Assembly (NCBI RefSeq): GCF_036321535.1
Contig: NC_087437.1
Coordinates: 35,900,001 to 35,964,000, forward strand
DNA length: 64,000 nt
Direction: 5' to 3'
From: Camelus dromedarius
Taxonomy: Eukaryota
Positions 36,181 through 49,759 of this stretch are shown here, piece by piece. The position numbers and the translations under genes are program-made. How positions within the stretch are numbered: the stretch's first letter is position 1; every line of letters begins with the position of its first letter. The notes beneath the pieces were generated by a model. The model saw only the letters and a list, made by a program, of their open reading frames with translations. It did no database searches and was not told the DNA's origin.

Positions 36181-36559
36181 CTTTTTTTTTTTGTGGGGGA
36201 GGGTGGGTACGTGAATTCTTTGATATTTGAAGATTTAACATTCTCTAAAGCAATATAGGAAGTGGTAGGATGATGATTAAGAGTGATTTGTTGAGTCAAA
36301 GTCTGTATTAGAACCACCACACTATCCCGTGATGGCCGGCACCATACGGTGAGCTTGCACCTTTATTCCTCCCATCTGGGTCTATTCTAATTTTGTGGGG
36401 GTCCACTCTGAAGCTTGGTAGTTTTGCGGAGCTCTACTGTGGGTTTCCAGTCTCATTCTTTAACCTGAAACTACTATTTATAACATCAGCTGATTAATCC
36501 TGAGTTTCGTTTGATGTTGGGCACATGTGTGTAAGGTATGCAGACAGCACAGAAACAAG

Positions 36560-36655
36560 AGCCTTATCAAGGACCAGCACCCTTGACGTAGGGTTACAGT
36601 AGCACGTCGTCAAAGGCAGGGGCTGCGTCACTGATGGAAATTCTAAATAACCTTG
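36560..36655. promoter_or_regulatory. Candidate signal-responsive enhancer (CRE/HRE/AARE-like cluster)
   Basis: TGACGT 36584-36589, GCACGT 36602-36607, CGTCA 36608-36612, TGCGTCA 36624-36630 and TGATGGAAA 36632-36640 in non-repeat sequence. Confidence 0.4.
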
Positions 36656-38649
36656 CCTCTCCCAGGGAGAAGATACTCATCCTAGAAGGGCAATCTGGCC
36701 CGCCCCATCACCTTCAACCACCATAAATGTATTCTGTGCCCACAAGTCCTTATGTTTAAACAGGATCCAGCCTGCATAGTCGTCTAACCCACCAAATATA
36801 GAAACCACATTAAGTTAAATGCCACAAAGATTCCATGGAAGGCTTGAACTCGTGGTTCTGAAGGCATTGATGAATGAGTTCTGGCCTGCCAGTCAGCTGC
36901 TTGCAGAATTAAACAGTAAATGAACAAATCCAGCTGCCTGTTCTGCCCTGCCAGAGACAGTATGTAAGCACAGCCGTTTGAGAGCTGTTGTCTCTGTGAA
37001 TGATTAGATATCTCCTCCATTTCTCTATCCCCTCCCCTAACAAAACATTCAGGATCAAGAGTCTCTCCTGCAAAGCCCTCTGATATTTGAGACCTTTGGA
37101 AACGGGCAGCTGTATGAGAACAAATAGGAGATGCTCTTCCCTCCAGTCTTGTTGGCAGTGTCTTTGAAACACTCTCTGGCTCCTCCCTGCCCTAAGTTGT
37201 CCCAGACATCAGCCAAGTGGCAGTGGCAGCCAGTTTTGAATTCACTGCTCTGAGTCTTGGAAGAACACACTGGTTTCAGGCTGCCATCACAATGGCATTA
37301 TCTGAGCCACGGGCCACTAGGTTAGTCACTGCTTTATCACACTTTATTGTTATTTTTTCAGTCCACCCATCAGCCTGTCAAGCCTTGTTTTCTTGGTTCT
37401 GACAATCACTGAGCTGAGGCCAGAAGACAAATATGTACTGGGATTCTGTTTTTCAGGAGAGAAAAAAAAAAAAAAAAAGAAACCCAGCCCTAATAGACTA
37501 GCCGTTTCTCACCCTTGAGGTCTAGCTGTGCCATGTACCAAATGGTTTCTGTCTAAGCAGCCATTCTTCTGGTTCAGACAAGTAGCTTCTGTTGCACCAC
37601 TGCTCACAAAGATTTCCGGGTGCAGTACACTCTTCTTACATTTATTGATACAGCCTAGCATCAAATGAAAAGCTGTGCTCTGCTTCTGTGACCCTTGGAA
37701 CGAGCCTGTATTGCAAATAACCATGGAACTTCAAGCCAGGATTTGGCTGGATGACCTGCTGACACTCCTCAGATGCAGAATGTCTATCAGCCTTCTCTTT
37801 GCTGGGCCTGAGTAAATACTGTCACTTGATTCTTGAGGCATTTATCTCTAACTCTGCTGTATATTTGTAAGATTATCACTCTGGTCAGGTTCACTATTTC
37901 CTTGTTCAATATTTCAGTCTGAAAGAATTCCAAGACTCTTTTGAGTTAAACAATAAAGTGACTGGATATACTTTTATAGCAGAAAAAAAGAGTCTAAAAT
38001 TTCTAATTTTAACTCTAATGTGAACTAAAGATAATCAATTGCTCAAAGTTTGGAAGCAAGATTCAAAAATCAAATTGCATGTTTTTAGCATGTTTATTTC
38101 ACATTCCAGAGAGATGTTCCAAAATGTGTTCTGAAATTTAGATACAGCTATTTTTTGATCCACTTTGTTGTCTAAAGAAGAGGGGCACATTAGGCATATG
38201 GTCAACAGCATCTTTGTAAATTCCTCTGGTACCTTAGATGATGCAACACACTCTCATGTACGTAGGATGCTATTCAATAGCTTATCACTGTATCTATGAT
38301 AGAGGAGTCCCTCCTTAAGGTTTCAAGTGCACAACGTAGTGTTTTGTCATAAGTCTCTTAAGTGTTTGGAGAAAAGTTTATTTTAAGAAGTCAAAAGTCC
38401 AGACTGAATCAAAACAAAGCAAAAATGGGAGACACATTTTTTTACCCTCTCCAAATTTACAGCTTATTAAAAATGACAAAACTAGATGTGCAATACTCAG
38501 AATGAGCCTTGGCTTGTTTTAAGGTATATGTATGTGAATGTGTGTGTGTGCAGTGTGTGTGTTCACGCCCTCTGTGAACATGCTCGTGCATCCTGTTGTT
38601 TACAGCTCAATGTTTTCTAAGGACTACCATCTGCTTCATGATCATCGTG

Positions 38650-38790
38650 GAATAGTGCAGTGCTGGACAGCATTTCAGCACCTGCCAAGGATCAGAAGAC
38701 CTGAGTTCTCTTCCTGATCCTGCTACTTAATAATTTTGTGACCTTGGCCGCATCATTATATTTATTTTAGGCATGTTAATTTCATTCATT
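38650..38790 (+). mobile_element. MIR fragment
   Basis: 'tcagaagacctgagttctcttcctgatcctgctacttaataattttgtgaccttgg'. Confidence 0.75.
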
Positions 38791-39289
38791 TTCATTGGTG
38801 TGAAGAGTTATTCCCATTCTTCCATCTTTCTCACCTACCATTCAAATTTAGGAAATAATATAATCTTTCTTATTTGTTTCAGTTTATACCATTAAATATG
38901 CTTATATTCTTATTAATTGATAGGACAGTTGCAAGAGATATTCCTTGTCTTCCACCAGAAGCAAGGCTATCAGCAAACTCACCCCACTAACCACATTTTT
39001 TTATCCCTTGCATCTAAATTTGTTTCTAGTTGCATTATGGCCACAATTTTCTTTGCTTACTACATCTGCATCCTCACCAGTCACATCCCACCGAACTCAG
39101 TTTATGCATCACACTGGGTCTATGAACTTTGTTGCTTTCTGGCCACAGTACCCCTAGCAAGAGCTTGCTCTTCTAACAGGCATGAAGTTAGGTTGTTGTT
39201 TCTCTAAAGACCATGGGTGTTGGTTTGCTGCTTGTTCCAGGTCGTTCTAGTCATATACAGAGAGAGAAAACAAACAAACAAACAGTGGT

Positions 39290-39854
39290 ATGTAGTCTGA
39301 TGCCTGCTTCCCATGCCTCTCACCTTTGGCTCTGGGGTTTCCCTGTTACTGCTGAGGCGTGAGAAACAGCAGGACTGACTTCTCACCCATGGACTCAGTG
39401 CAGGCCCATAAAGCAGCAGATCAGGAGTTCACTGGCCTGTGCAAGGCCCACGAGGTCATCATTGCTCTGTTGGATACTGGTTTCTGCAGCCGATGTTTGG
39501 GCAGACTGGTGCAACTCAGAAGCCTGGGAGAGTTGAAGCCCTATGCAGTGAACCTTCACTAAGGATACAGAAACCTACAGATAAATTCTCCTTCCCTGTC
39601 CTCAGGACAGATTGTTCATAGATGCAATAAGGCCTCTAGGAAAGTGTCCTTCAAGAAAAGCAGTAAGGTATGCTTGCCACTCTGCCATGGCCAGTTCAGT
39701 GAAGCCCTCTGTAATTTTTCTTCTCTCTTCTTCTCGGCCTCATTCCCCTTTTCTTTAGCTTTTTGCTGTCCTGAAATTGCACTCTTAAATAACATATTTG
39801 CACATTTTTTTCCAGTATCAATTTTATTTTGTTTTGTGGACTTGGACTATGACA
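39290..39854 (+). mobile_element. Old ERVL-class solo LTR (LTR16-related)
   Basis: GC-richer block ending 'ctcttaaataacatatttgcac...gacttggactatgaca', similar to LTR16-group 3' ends. 5' boundary uncertain. Confidence 0.55.
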
Positions 39855-39859
39855 CAGTA

Positions 39860-40480
39860 ATTGTCATATTTCCATTTTGTGGCTTCCAGCTCATTTTTTC
39901 AATCCGTTTGTTTCACTGTTTTGACCCTATGTTCTTGTTTATTTTTTTAAATTAATTATGTTTTAACTGAAATATATTAATTTTCTTTTTGGTGATCTTC
40001 TTTAATAGAGGAGATTATGTCTTTACAACTTTGTTTTCTTTTATCATAGCAAAATGTTGATTGTAACTTTAGGAAAATATCTCTGTTGAGTAAGTTTACC
40101 ACATTTTTGTGTATTTTTCTTGTTGCATTTTAAAAAATCTCTGTCAGTTTATTTTTATTTCTACTAAATAAAAGAGTTAGAGCTTCTGGTGTGGCTGTTG
40201 GCAGGAGGCTCTGATATGGGATAGGGTGGGGCCACATTAGCATTCTAGGCTGCTTACAAGGTCCTGCTTTGTGGTCACAGAGAAAATGCCTTCTGATAAA
40301 AATTGCTAGTCTGTATGATTTCTGTGTGTGGCTTTGCTGCCTTTGCATCTCTGATACCATGTCTAGAAAGACTTCTGTCAGAAGCCATTGCACCCATGTT
40401 CCTAATTCCATGTTCTTGTGTCAAATAAGAGATACAGCTTCTGTACTTTAGGGAGAGACCTTCCCCTTCCCCAAGGTTAA
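39860..40480 (-). mobile_element. HAL1/L1M 5' region, decayed
   Basis: T-rich ORF1-like antisense tract followed by a UTR-like tract, with the same layout as 14450-15550. Confidence 0.35.
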
Positions 40481-40488
40481 TCGTGCAC

Positions 40489-40812
40489 CTTTTTTTTTTA
40501 AATTAAAGTTTAGTCAGTTACAATGTGTCAGTTTCTGGTGTATAGCATAATGTTTCAGTCATACATATACATACACATACCAGTTTCCATGTTCTTTTTC
40601 ATTATAGGTTACTACAAGATATTGAATATAGTTCACTGTCCTATACAGAAGAAATTTACTTTTTATCTATTGTTTATAGTTGTTAGTATTTGCAAATCTC
40701 CAACTCCCAATCTACCCCACCCTGGTAACCATATGTTTATTTACTAGGTCTGTGAGTTTGTTTCTCTTTTGTACATAAGTTCATTAGTGTCTTTGTTTCT
40801 CTTTTTTTGTTT
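40489..40812 (-). mobile_element. Camelid-type L1 3' end
   Basis: Poly-T then 'tagtcagttacaatgtgtcagtttctggtgtatagcataatg...ttactacaagatattgaatatagttc'; homologous to 54126-54625. Confidence 0.9.
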
Positions 40813-42873
40813 TTTAAAATCTGTTTTTTCTGGCCCCTTGCATGCTTCTTGCTTCTCCCCTTATTTACTTCTGCCCATTTTTGGCTTCTTTTGTCAGCTC
40901 ATGTCTGTATTTTGGAATGTGTGGGTCATACCTGAAAATACATATGTATTTATCAACTGCTTTTGTGGATTGGCTAGTTCATAGCGAGTGTTTTCCAGTT
41001 TTACATAAAATGACAAGGTGCATAATGGCAACGTTTGTTCAGGAATACTGATACACCCTTCAGTAACCGTATTGTTTAAAATTAAAAAAAGTATATATTC
41101 AAATGACTAGATAATAGATTGACCACAATATATATTATTAAAATGTATGTTTTCCTCATAGGGGACATATCTATTCATTTCTATTCATATAGTTTTTATA
41201 AGAAGCTAAATAAAGTAGTAATCATAAATTCACAGAGGATTACTGTAGAAATGAAATACTGCACAGTTTATTTGACCCAATATGCTACTTTCTCTACCAT
41301 TTTAATCTCTCAAAATTTGAACAACTTCTAAGTGGCATTTACTACCTTAGAAGGTGTATACATTCCGTATTTGTGTATCTATCATTTTAAAAATTAATTC
41401 AAGCTTTTGCAACTCTCTGCTAAATACTGTGCATATTAATGAATAAAAAGGCTTGATTTTTTTCTCAAAGTAGCAAACTAAAATTCAATATGCTACTGCT
41501 GCGATAGATGTATGAGAGTCCAAGAACACATCATTTTCCCAAACTTTTGAGTATATAACTAAATGTGTATGCTTATTTATAAAATATATGCATATATAAT
41601 ATCTTTATGTATATTAAGTATTAGTAAAGGTTAAGCTCTTGTCTGTTTTTTCAGATAAAATATATAAATTGAAATTCAGCATATATATGCATATATATGA
41701 AACGTGTGCACACACACACATATATAGTACAGTGCCTTGTGCCTATGTGCCGCATAGTCAGTGATTGTGAAGAGAATTAAGTTTTTTTTAAAAAATCCGA
41801 ATTTCTATCTTGTTTCTTCATGACCGTCCTTTCAGAGTTTAACACAGTGTTCACAAAAGGAGATCCTAAATAAATATTTGTTGTCTGGCCAAGCTGAATG
41901 GATGAAAATTTGTCATGACAAAATAATAGTACTCTATATTATTTCTGCCTGGAGAATTAGCAGTCTTTGGAGTAGAATAATTGTTTATGGATTAGTAGCT
42001 TCAGGAAGACTGAACATTTCTGGTGAGAAAAGCATTCAGGCAGGGGAGATGTAATAGAGTCCCAGTTAAACTGGTGCATGTCTACACCTCAAAACTGAAG
42101 CTGAAAAAAGCTAAAGTGATTAAAATTTGTTGTTTCTAGATGGACAATAGAGAATTCATGTTTTTTTTTTTTTTCACATAAATGAAGATAATTGATGAGA
42201 GACTTTATTTCTATACACTGTAATCTTGTAGGAGAAAACCTGCAGTGTAACTCTTCTGTGCATTTTTCCTGTTATTCTAAGGCTTTTGATGAGAGTATTA
42301 GAACTACGATGTGAGCAGCTCTAACTGGAACTTTTGTATCTAGGGAACAAAATAGGTAATATCTTCACTTTAAAAAAAAAAATTAGTGGCTCTGTGAGTG
42401 TATCTTTCTTCATTATTAATTATATTAATATTTTTTCCAAGAAAATTACCAATCAGATTAAAATTGGGCCTTTATGCACTCAATAATCTAGATAAACATG
42501 TCCTCTTAAATGGACTTTATGCTTCTAATTATGTGAAATGCTCCCTTTCTTTTGCTTGGCATTTTATTAACTTATTTTAATCAGGGATATTCTATAGTAT
42601 AAGATGTTGATATCTCTTACATTACTGGGGGGGGTGTGTGTGTCAGGGGCATGTCTACTGGAGTAAGACATCACAGTCTCAAATATATAATTACATCAAA
42701 GTGATCATAGCAAGTGCTTTACCAAGTGGTGATGAACATTATGAGATAGGGTAATTTTGTTCTCTTTTGCGAGAGGATATGTCTTTATCAAGCTGTTTTT
42801 CTTTAAGACTGAAAATTTTCATTAAAAGGTAAGCAGGGTCCCTTATGTATTCAGTATTATTTTCTGTTTCCTT

Positions 42874-42950
42874 CAGATGTTCTAAATGGCTTGCATCAGA
42901 GAAACTGAGGTGCTTATTAAAAGTGCCCATTCTGGGCCTCTCCCAAATGA
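42874..42950. mobile_element. MER5-like hAT-Charlie fragment
   Basis: 'gcatcagagaaactgaggtgcttattaaaagtgcccattctgggcc'. Confidence 0.5.
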
Positions 42951-42959
42951 ACAAATGCC

Positions 42960-43753
42960 AGCTCACGATGGATCAAATACAGGAATCATCAGACATAAAC
43001 TTTAAGGCAGCTTTAACCATGCTCTGTAATATAAGAGTAAAAGCTCTTGAAATGAATGGAAAGATATATTTCAGGAGAAAAATAGAAACTGTAAATGGGA
43101 ACCAAATGGCAGTTTTAGAACTGGAAAGCACAGTATCTGAAATAAAAATTTGTTCTGAAAGGGCTCAATAGCAGAATGGCAATAATAGAAAAAAGTCAGC
43201 TAACTTCATGATATGTCACTAGAAATCATCCAAGCTGAAGAGCAGAGAAAAAAATAGAAAACAAGTGAACAGAGCCTCAGTGTCCATGGGAGTTTCAGAA
43301 AGAGAGAAGTATATTAATGCAGAAAAACTCCTTTTTTTTTTTTTTTTAAGAAAACAGCTAGTAACTCCCCTCAAAAGACAAATATACAGATTCAAGAAAA
43401 TTAGTGAAAATCAAACAGCATAAAATCAAAGAAAACTATTCTCAGACATATCACACATACACTGTATATCAAAGATAAGGAAAATAAGTCTTGCAAACAG
43501 TAAAAAATATATATATGAACAACAATTCAAATGACTGAAAATTTCTCAAAAAAATACGTATAGTGAAACAACCTCTTTAAAGTTCTGAAAGAAAAGAAGT
43601 GTCAATCCAGAATTCCATACACACCAAAAAAATATCCTTGAGTAATGACAGCAAAATAAAGACCTGATAGACGAAGGAAAGAAAGTAAGAGGATGCAGTG
43701 ATAGCACACCCTCTCTCTAAGAAATGCTCAGGAAATTTCTTCAGTCTGAAGGG
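42960..43753 (+). mobile_element. Old L1M ORF1 region, decayed
   Basis: Translates to the ORF1 coiled-coil-like 'KIETVNGNQMAVLELESTVSEIK'; also 'gtgaacagagcctcag' and 'tttaaagttctgaaagaaaagaagtgtcaatccagaattc'. Multiple stops and frameshifts. Confidence 0.85.
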
Positions 43754-44169
43754 GCATTTTCTTTATAACAGAAGGATGCCACACTGCCCCACAGACCAGC
43801 TGACAGGCTGTTTTTCTGGTTACCCTACAGATTTTGAGAGTGGATAACCACTTCCTCTATATTGTATATTTCCTGACATAATTCTGTCTTGTCCCGGTTT
43901 AGAGTCCTCTATATAAAGTATTCTTTGCTAAGTCTAAACATTTACAGAGGCTTTTCTCCTGGTATCTTTTAAATCTATGAACAAGAATTATTCACTTTTA
44001 ATCATTAATATATATGACAAAACTAATCTATCCATTTCTATCCAGAGTTGTTTTTTTCCAAGTCCACTGAGATATTAAAAATTGTCTCTTTATCAAGGCT
44101 TCCAAGAGTGCAGAATACAGTCATGTGTAATGCGTATTCTTTTTTAGAGATTTAATTTTGTAGAGCACA

Positions 44170-44330
44170 TTTTCCTATAGTATCTATGTAAGATCATACA
44201 ACTCTTCTGTGAAGAAGGTATTTTACAGATGAGAAAAATAAAGTTCAAAATATGACTAAGTGATCTGTTCACTTACACATAGCTAGCATGTCAGTGGTGG
44301 GCGTACACAGGTCTACTGATTTTCTGTTCT
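44170..44330 (-). mobile_element. MIR SINE
   Basis: 'attttacagatgagaaaaataaagttca...ctaagtgatctgttc'. Confidence 0.7.
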
Positions 44331-44519
44331 GAGTAGAAGTCCTGAGGTGACTGACACAAAGAACTGAAAGAAAGCCAATGTAACTGGTCCATAGTGGGGT
44401 AGGAGATGAGATTTGAGACAGGCTGTTCTTGATCAAGCAGAGACTATTGGGTGACGCTAACTGATTTGTTTTCTCAAGTGCAAGTGAAAACAGTGAAAGG
44501 ATATCAAGCAAGATAAGAA

Positions 44520-45180
44520 CAATCATCCTGTATAGCTTTGTGGAGACTAGATGAGAAGATAAACCTGATATCAGAGAAACCAAACAATATAACCTGTTTG
44601 CAGTTTAGGGGAGAGATCATGTTTTCTTGAACCAGCATACTGTCAGTGGAGGAGAAGGGAAATGGATAGTTGATTTGAGACAGAGCCAAAGAGGTCTTAT
44701 TGAACTGAATGTACGTGGGGGTTTGGTGAGGAAGAAGCAGTTATTATGCCTCATGTTTCTGACTGGAACAGTAGTTTACAATACTAGGGGAGGGGCATAC
44801 TTGGAGAGTGGGTCCAGGGGTTCCCATAGTTGTTTTCAGGTGAAACATTGGTCACAACGTGAGCTCTGTGGAGGAGTCTCAGATTCCAGAGGTGGTGCTA
44901 AGAAAGAATATCCTCAGTATGTAGATAATATATAAACTTATGAATAAAATATTTCACCTAGACCTGGAAGGAATGAGGGCCAGAACTAAATCAAATTTAC
45001 AGTTGAGTTGCAGAGGAGCCACCCGAAAGGATCCTTAAAGCAAGGAGGATTCTTGGCTAATGGATGTCAAGGAGAAGAGACTAGAAAAGAAGGAACATCT
45101 GTGTGTCAAGACACTGACTTGCCTAGCTGCAGTGAGCAAGGTTAGTGGTCAGCCTTCAGTTGGTGTTGTCATGGTGTGCC
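44520..45180 (-). mobile_element. L2 fragment, decayed
   Basis: Purine-rich antisense L2-like text ('gtggaggagaagggaaatggatagttgatttgagac', 'tgtcatggtgtgccctgac'). Confidence 0.55.
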
Positions 45181-47019
45181 CTGACTTTTGATCAGAGGTC
45201 CCCTATTCACAGGATGGTCCCCATTCAGTAATAGGCAAGGATGTGGTTCAAGGGCCTTGGCTTTTGTGCCCAACAGGGAATGTCTCTCACATGCAGTCTT
45301 TGCTCTGTAGCATCTTCCTGGGCAGGCAGAGGTGTTCTCAGCACATCTCAGTGGGACAGCTCCTCTTCCCAATTCTGCTTCCTCCCTTTCCTCCTGTAAG
45401 TGCTACTTACCAGTCAGCCTTCTGGACATTTAACTCTGGCTCAACATCTGCTTCCCAAGCACATGTTTAAAGTGACTAATACTCGGTAGGTGCCAAGAAC
45501 TGTATTCCATCAGGTTTTCTGAACTCCCAGAGTTCCTAATTTCTCACTTGAATTGCACCCTCAAATAATAGTCTATTTGCTTTGGCTCTCATTGACACTA
45601 TACTACCTCGATGTGTGAAATCATCACTGAAGTATGAAAGAAGGTGTTAACGATGTTATTTGGAAACAAAGCACAGTGTAAAATTTCTAATAACTTCTTG
45701 TGCTCTATATTTTTCCTCATTATGCAGATAACACATTACTTAGCATAACTGGAAAAGTATTTCATTGCACAAGAAAAATTTTTATTAAAGTAGTATTCCC
45801 TTTGGGTAAGGTCAGAAAATTTGTAGTTTTTTTTTTTTTTTAATTCAACTATATATTTTTTTAGCTATCAGAAAAAGTAGAGAAACAACTTACAGTAGAT
45901 TTTGAATGGACTAGTAAGCTAAATATCATGTTGGAAACTACTTAAAAACCAAAATATCATTAAATAATAATTAAGGCTGAGTCTAAAATATATGAAACAA
46001 ATAATACAGAAATGTCTTTTCTAGCCATTAAAGGAATAAATGTAAGGATATGGAACATTTAGCTTTTATAAGCCAATTTACAAATATTATATAACTTATA
46101 ATTTTCCAAATCATGCTTTGCATGTCAGAATTTTTAGATTGCTTCAATAACATGAAGTAGTTGTCACTCAATAAATATTATTGAACTAAAGCTTGATGAA
46201 TACATGTATACTTGATTCAGGCTAGCAGATAAATGGCAAAACATTTACAACTGCATGAATACTTCTTAACGTCTCCAGATGTATTGGCTTATACTGCCTG
46301 TATTAAACCTAAATTTTTGCTCTTTCAGGTCCCTGATATTCAGACATTGATTATAATTTGAAGAATGACTCTAGAAAAAAATAGTGATTTTATGATAATT
46401 AAATAGATTGTCTTTAAATTTTGAGATATCAAAATATTTAATATGATAGAACTATCATATATCCTAATAGGTAATTTTTACATTACATGATATTTTTCAA
46501 AATGAGTTCATCCATTTACAAACTTCTCATAATAGCAAAGTGCATTTGATATATTTTAAAGATTTATCTTTGACACTTGGAATATTTTTGCTTTATAATG
46601 CAACATATTTTTGACTCATGGATAAGCTTTATTTTAGCACAAAAATGTTCCTAAAAAAGTTTTGCTTCAGTGTGCTGAATTTATTAAAAATAAATGCTTG
46701 TGTACATCAAAAAAATTAAACACCTTCCCTTTACTTTAACCTCTTATACATTACTTCACTGTATTTAACACATCTGTTTATTTTGAATTTGCTGTAATTG
46801 CCATTACAACTAGGAAATATCTTAATTATCTCTGTATTCCCAGATTCTAAGCATTTTGCTTGGTTTCTGTAGGCACAGCAGGAATTTAGAGAATTATTAA
46901 TTCAAGGTCACTTAGCCTTTTGTTGTTGCACTCTAACACCTTCCTAGAATTTGCTTGAAAATTAGCCTTTCTTGGTCAATGGGATAGCAAAGATACCCTG
47001 GTAGTTAAAGGTGATGACT

Positions 47020-47490
47020 TGTGTTAGTTCAACTGTATTTTGTTCACTCTTCTCATCAGAAGATAGTATTATTTCTCCTCCCCCCTTGGATCTAGGATAC
47101 CCTTGTGATTTGCTCTGAACAATACAAGGTAGCAGAAGCAGCCCTGTGAGTTCTAGAGCTCATGTCTAAAGAGGCTTTGCAGTTTCCACTTTTACCCTCT
47201 TGGATGCCACTCTGAAGCCAGGCTAGCTTACTGGAGGATGAGAAGACAGATGTAAGAGAACCGAGACTCCTTGGCAGCCAGCCAGTACAAACTGGCAGAC
47301 ATGTAAAGGAGGCCATCTTGACCTTTCTAGCCAAACTAACATTCCTGCTGAACAGGGTCACATGACTGAGCACAGGTTAAAGCAGCACAGGAATCACCCA
47401 GCTAACCTGCAGAAAGATGAGAAATGATACATTGTCATTTTAGGCCACTATGCTGTAGATGGTTTGTTATGCAACAATAGGTAATTATGT
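47020..47490 (+). mobile_element. MaLR solo LTR (MLT1H-like)
   Basis: 'cttgtgatttgctctgaacaat', 'gccaggctagcttactggaggatgag', 'aggccatcttgacc' and 'ttttaggccacta...ggtttgttatgcaacaatag'. Confidence 0.85.
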
Positions 47491-47699
47491 AATTATTAAC
47501 AGTCGAGATATTGTATAGTAACATAAGGAGGAAAGAACTTTCTGTACTAGGGATACATGAAAAGATGAGCTCCCAAGACAAAGAACACAGTTTTTTCTAA
47601 GGAAATATGAAAAGAAGAGACCAGATAAAGTTTTATACTGTTTCAAGATGGATACTGATTTAGCTGAGTGAAGCTAAGGGAGTCCTCGTGACCTGTCTT

Positions 47700-47860
47700 T
47701 TTGTATTACTTACATTGTTGTAATTGTTATATTGTTACAAATGCATGGGTATGCAATTATATAATTACATACTATGTAAATATATGTAAATACAATTACA
47801 TAATATGTATTTAATTATATAATTATTTATACATTTATGTGTAAATATATATATGGATAG
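47700..47860. repeat. AT-rich low-complexity tract
   Basis: Degenerate TAAT/TATG repeats. Confidence 0.7.
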
Positions 47861-48580
47861 ATAGTGTGTGCATGCACTCGTATAATCATAATCACACACA
47901 GGCTAAAACGCGTATTTGCCAAAAATTACACTGAAGTGTACATTTTTATTTGGCCTTCTGAATGCTGAAGCCAAAGCCAAAACATCGCTTTTGGCCAAAA
48001 GTTGAAGTTGAGTACAATTGTCAACTCAGTTACATTGTGAAATATATTTCTAAGCGTGGATCATGGTCAAAATATTTGATTAACACTATTGTCAGTATTC
48101 AAATGGGATATGAATTTGTAAGTGGTTTGGACAGATGAAAATAGAAGAAACTAGAAAGTATCAGAAAAGAAGTTCTAGAATGGAGACTGTTACCAATAGT
48201 TGGTCTATATTATGGGCTTTCTATTTTCCAGACACAATGCCATGCCCTCTTATACATTCTTCCTAAATGTCCAAAAACACTCTGAAATGCACATTATTAA
48301 AGATATATAATATATGAGAAAGCTGAAGATTAGAGAAGTCTCATGCTTGTTAAATGGTCCAGATTTCACGATGTGGAAAAACCTCAAATTCACGTGGAAT
48401 TGATTGTAAACTCTCTTCAGTTCAGATGTAGTAAAGAACTTAGCGAGTTTAAGGTAAAGAGTTTGAGGATAAGAGGAAAGAGTTGGAAAAGACAGAAGTA
48501 ACCCCCATAGTGTCTTCTCTACTGAATTCAGTTGAAAATGAGGATCCATTTACTATGCCTGGGGCCATGATAATTACTAA

Positions 48581-48869
48581 GTCTCTGGGGGAGATCCTTC
48601 CTTGTCTCTTTCAGCTTCTGATGGCCCCAGGCATTCCTTGGTTTGTGGAATCATTAATTGTAATCTTTGCCTCTGTCTTCATGTGGCTGTCTTCTCACTG
48701 TATGTCTGTGTTTCTCTGGGGCAACCCTAATGACCACATCTTAACTTGATTATATATGCAAATATCCTGTTTCCAAATAAAGTCATATTCACAGGTACCT
48801 GGGTAGGGGGCAGGGGTGTGTTAGGATTTCAACATATCTTTTTTTGGACATACAATTCAACTCATAACA
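48581..48869 (-). mobile_element. MaLR LTR (MLT1C-like), partial
   Basis: 'cagcttctgatggccccaggcattccttggtttgtgg', 'ctgtttccaaataaagtcatattcacaggtacc' and 'acaattcaactcataaca'. Confidence 0.85.
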
Positions 48870-49759
48870 ACCACTAAAATATAGATCCCAATATAAAATT
48901 TCAAAAACATCCTCTCAAGCAGTAGTATATTTAAACTCTGAAGAAAAATAGCATAAGTTGACTTACACACATTATATTCAACGTTTCTAGAAAATGTGAA
49001 TGATTTTAAAATCTAATACATCAGTCAAAATTACCTGGGCATCTCTTAAGTTTATATATCTTTCTATCTTCCAGAAACACACACCCACACACACATTATT
49101 GACTGATTGATTGACTGCTGAAGCCACCACAGAGTTTGAGTTAGAATTTCCAAATAACTACATTGTAAAGAAATTTCCCTGATGATTCAATTTGTCAAAA
49201 TAAGTTTGAAATCCATTGCCTTCAAGGACTTCAATGTATCTAAAGAAGGAGATGGGTATGTTAAACTTAAGGCAAAAGCATATCTTCTTCTTTGATGTGT
49301 TATTGAAATAACCCTACTGAGCTGAGGGTAGTGAACATAACAAGGCAGAAACATTGGCTCATTGACTTCAGGCACATCTGAGAGAGGATTGAAGACTGTC
49401 AAATGCAAACATCTTGCATCCTCTTTCTTAGCACCAGTTTCTCACAAATTCTGATGACTAAAAAGTATATATTAGCCTAAAAAAAAGTAATAATATTTGA
49501 AGAAATTGAAAAAAATCAATCTAAATACATTTCCTCTTTCTTAAAACAATTTAGAATGAATTTCATTATGAGAACTTTTGTATGTCATTCTAAAACCCTT
49601 CTACTTAAAAGAAAAAATAAATAAGATCATTATTTTTAATAAACTTAACAAGCATTATCTTTCTTTGTCTTGTTCATTTTAAATATTTATTACATAAAGA
49701 ATATATGAATAAATTATTTTGTTAAAATCTCAAATCAGAAAGAAAAGCTCATCCACATA

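Noticed and set aside
36641..36652. MEF2 site (ctaaataa)
   Set aside because: Does not fit the YTA(A/T)4TAR spacing.
42845..43171. 108-aa ORF as a gene
   Set aside because: Chimera of a MER5-like fragment and decayed L1 ORF1.
49188..49295. Protein-looking frame QFVKISLKSIAFKDFNVSKEGDGYVKLKAKAYLLL
   Set aside because: No recognisable homologue, no clear acceptor, several stops immediately after.
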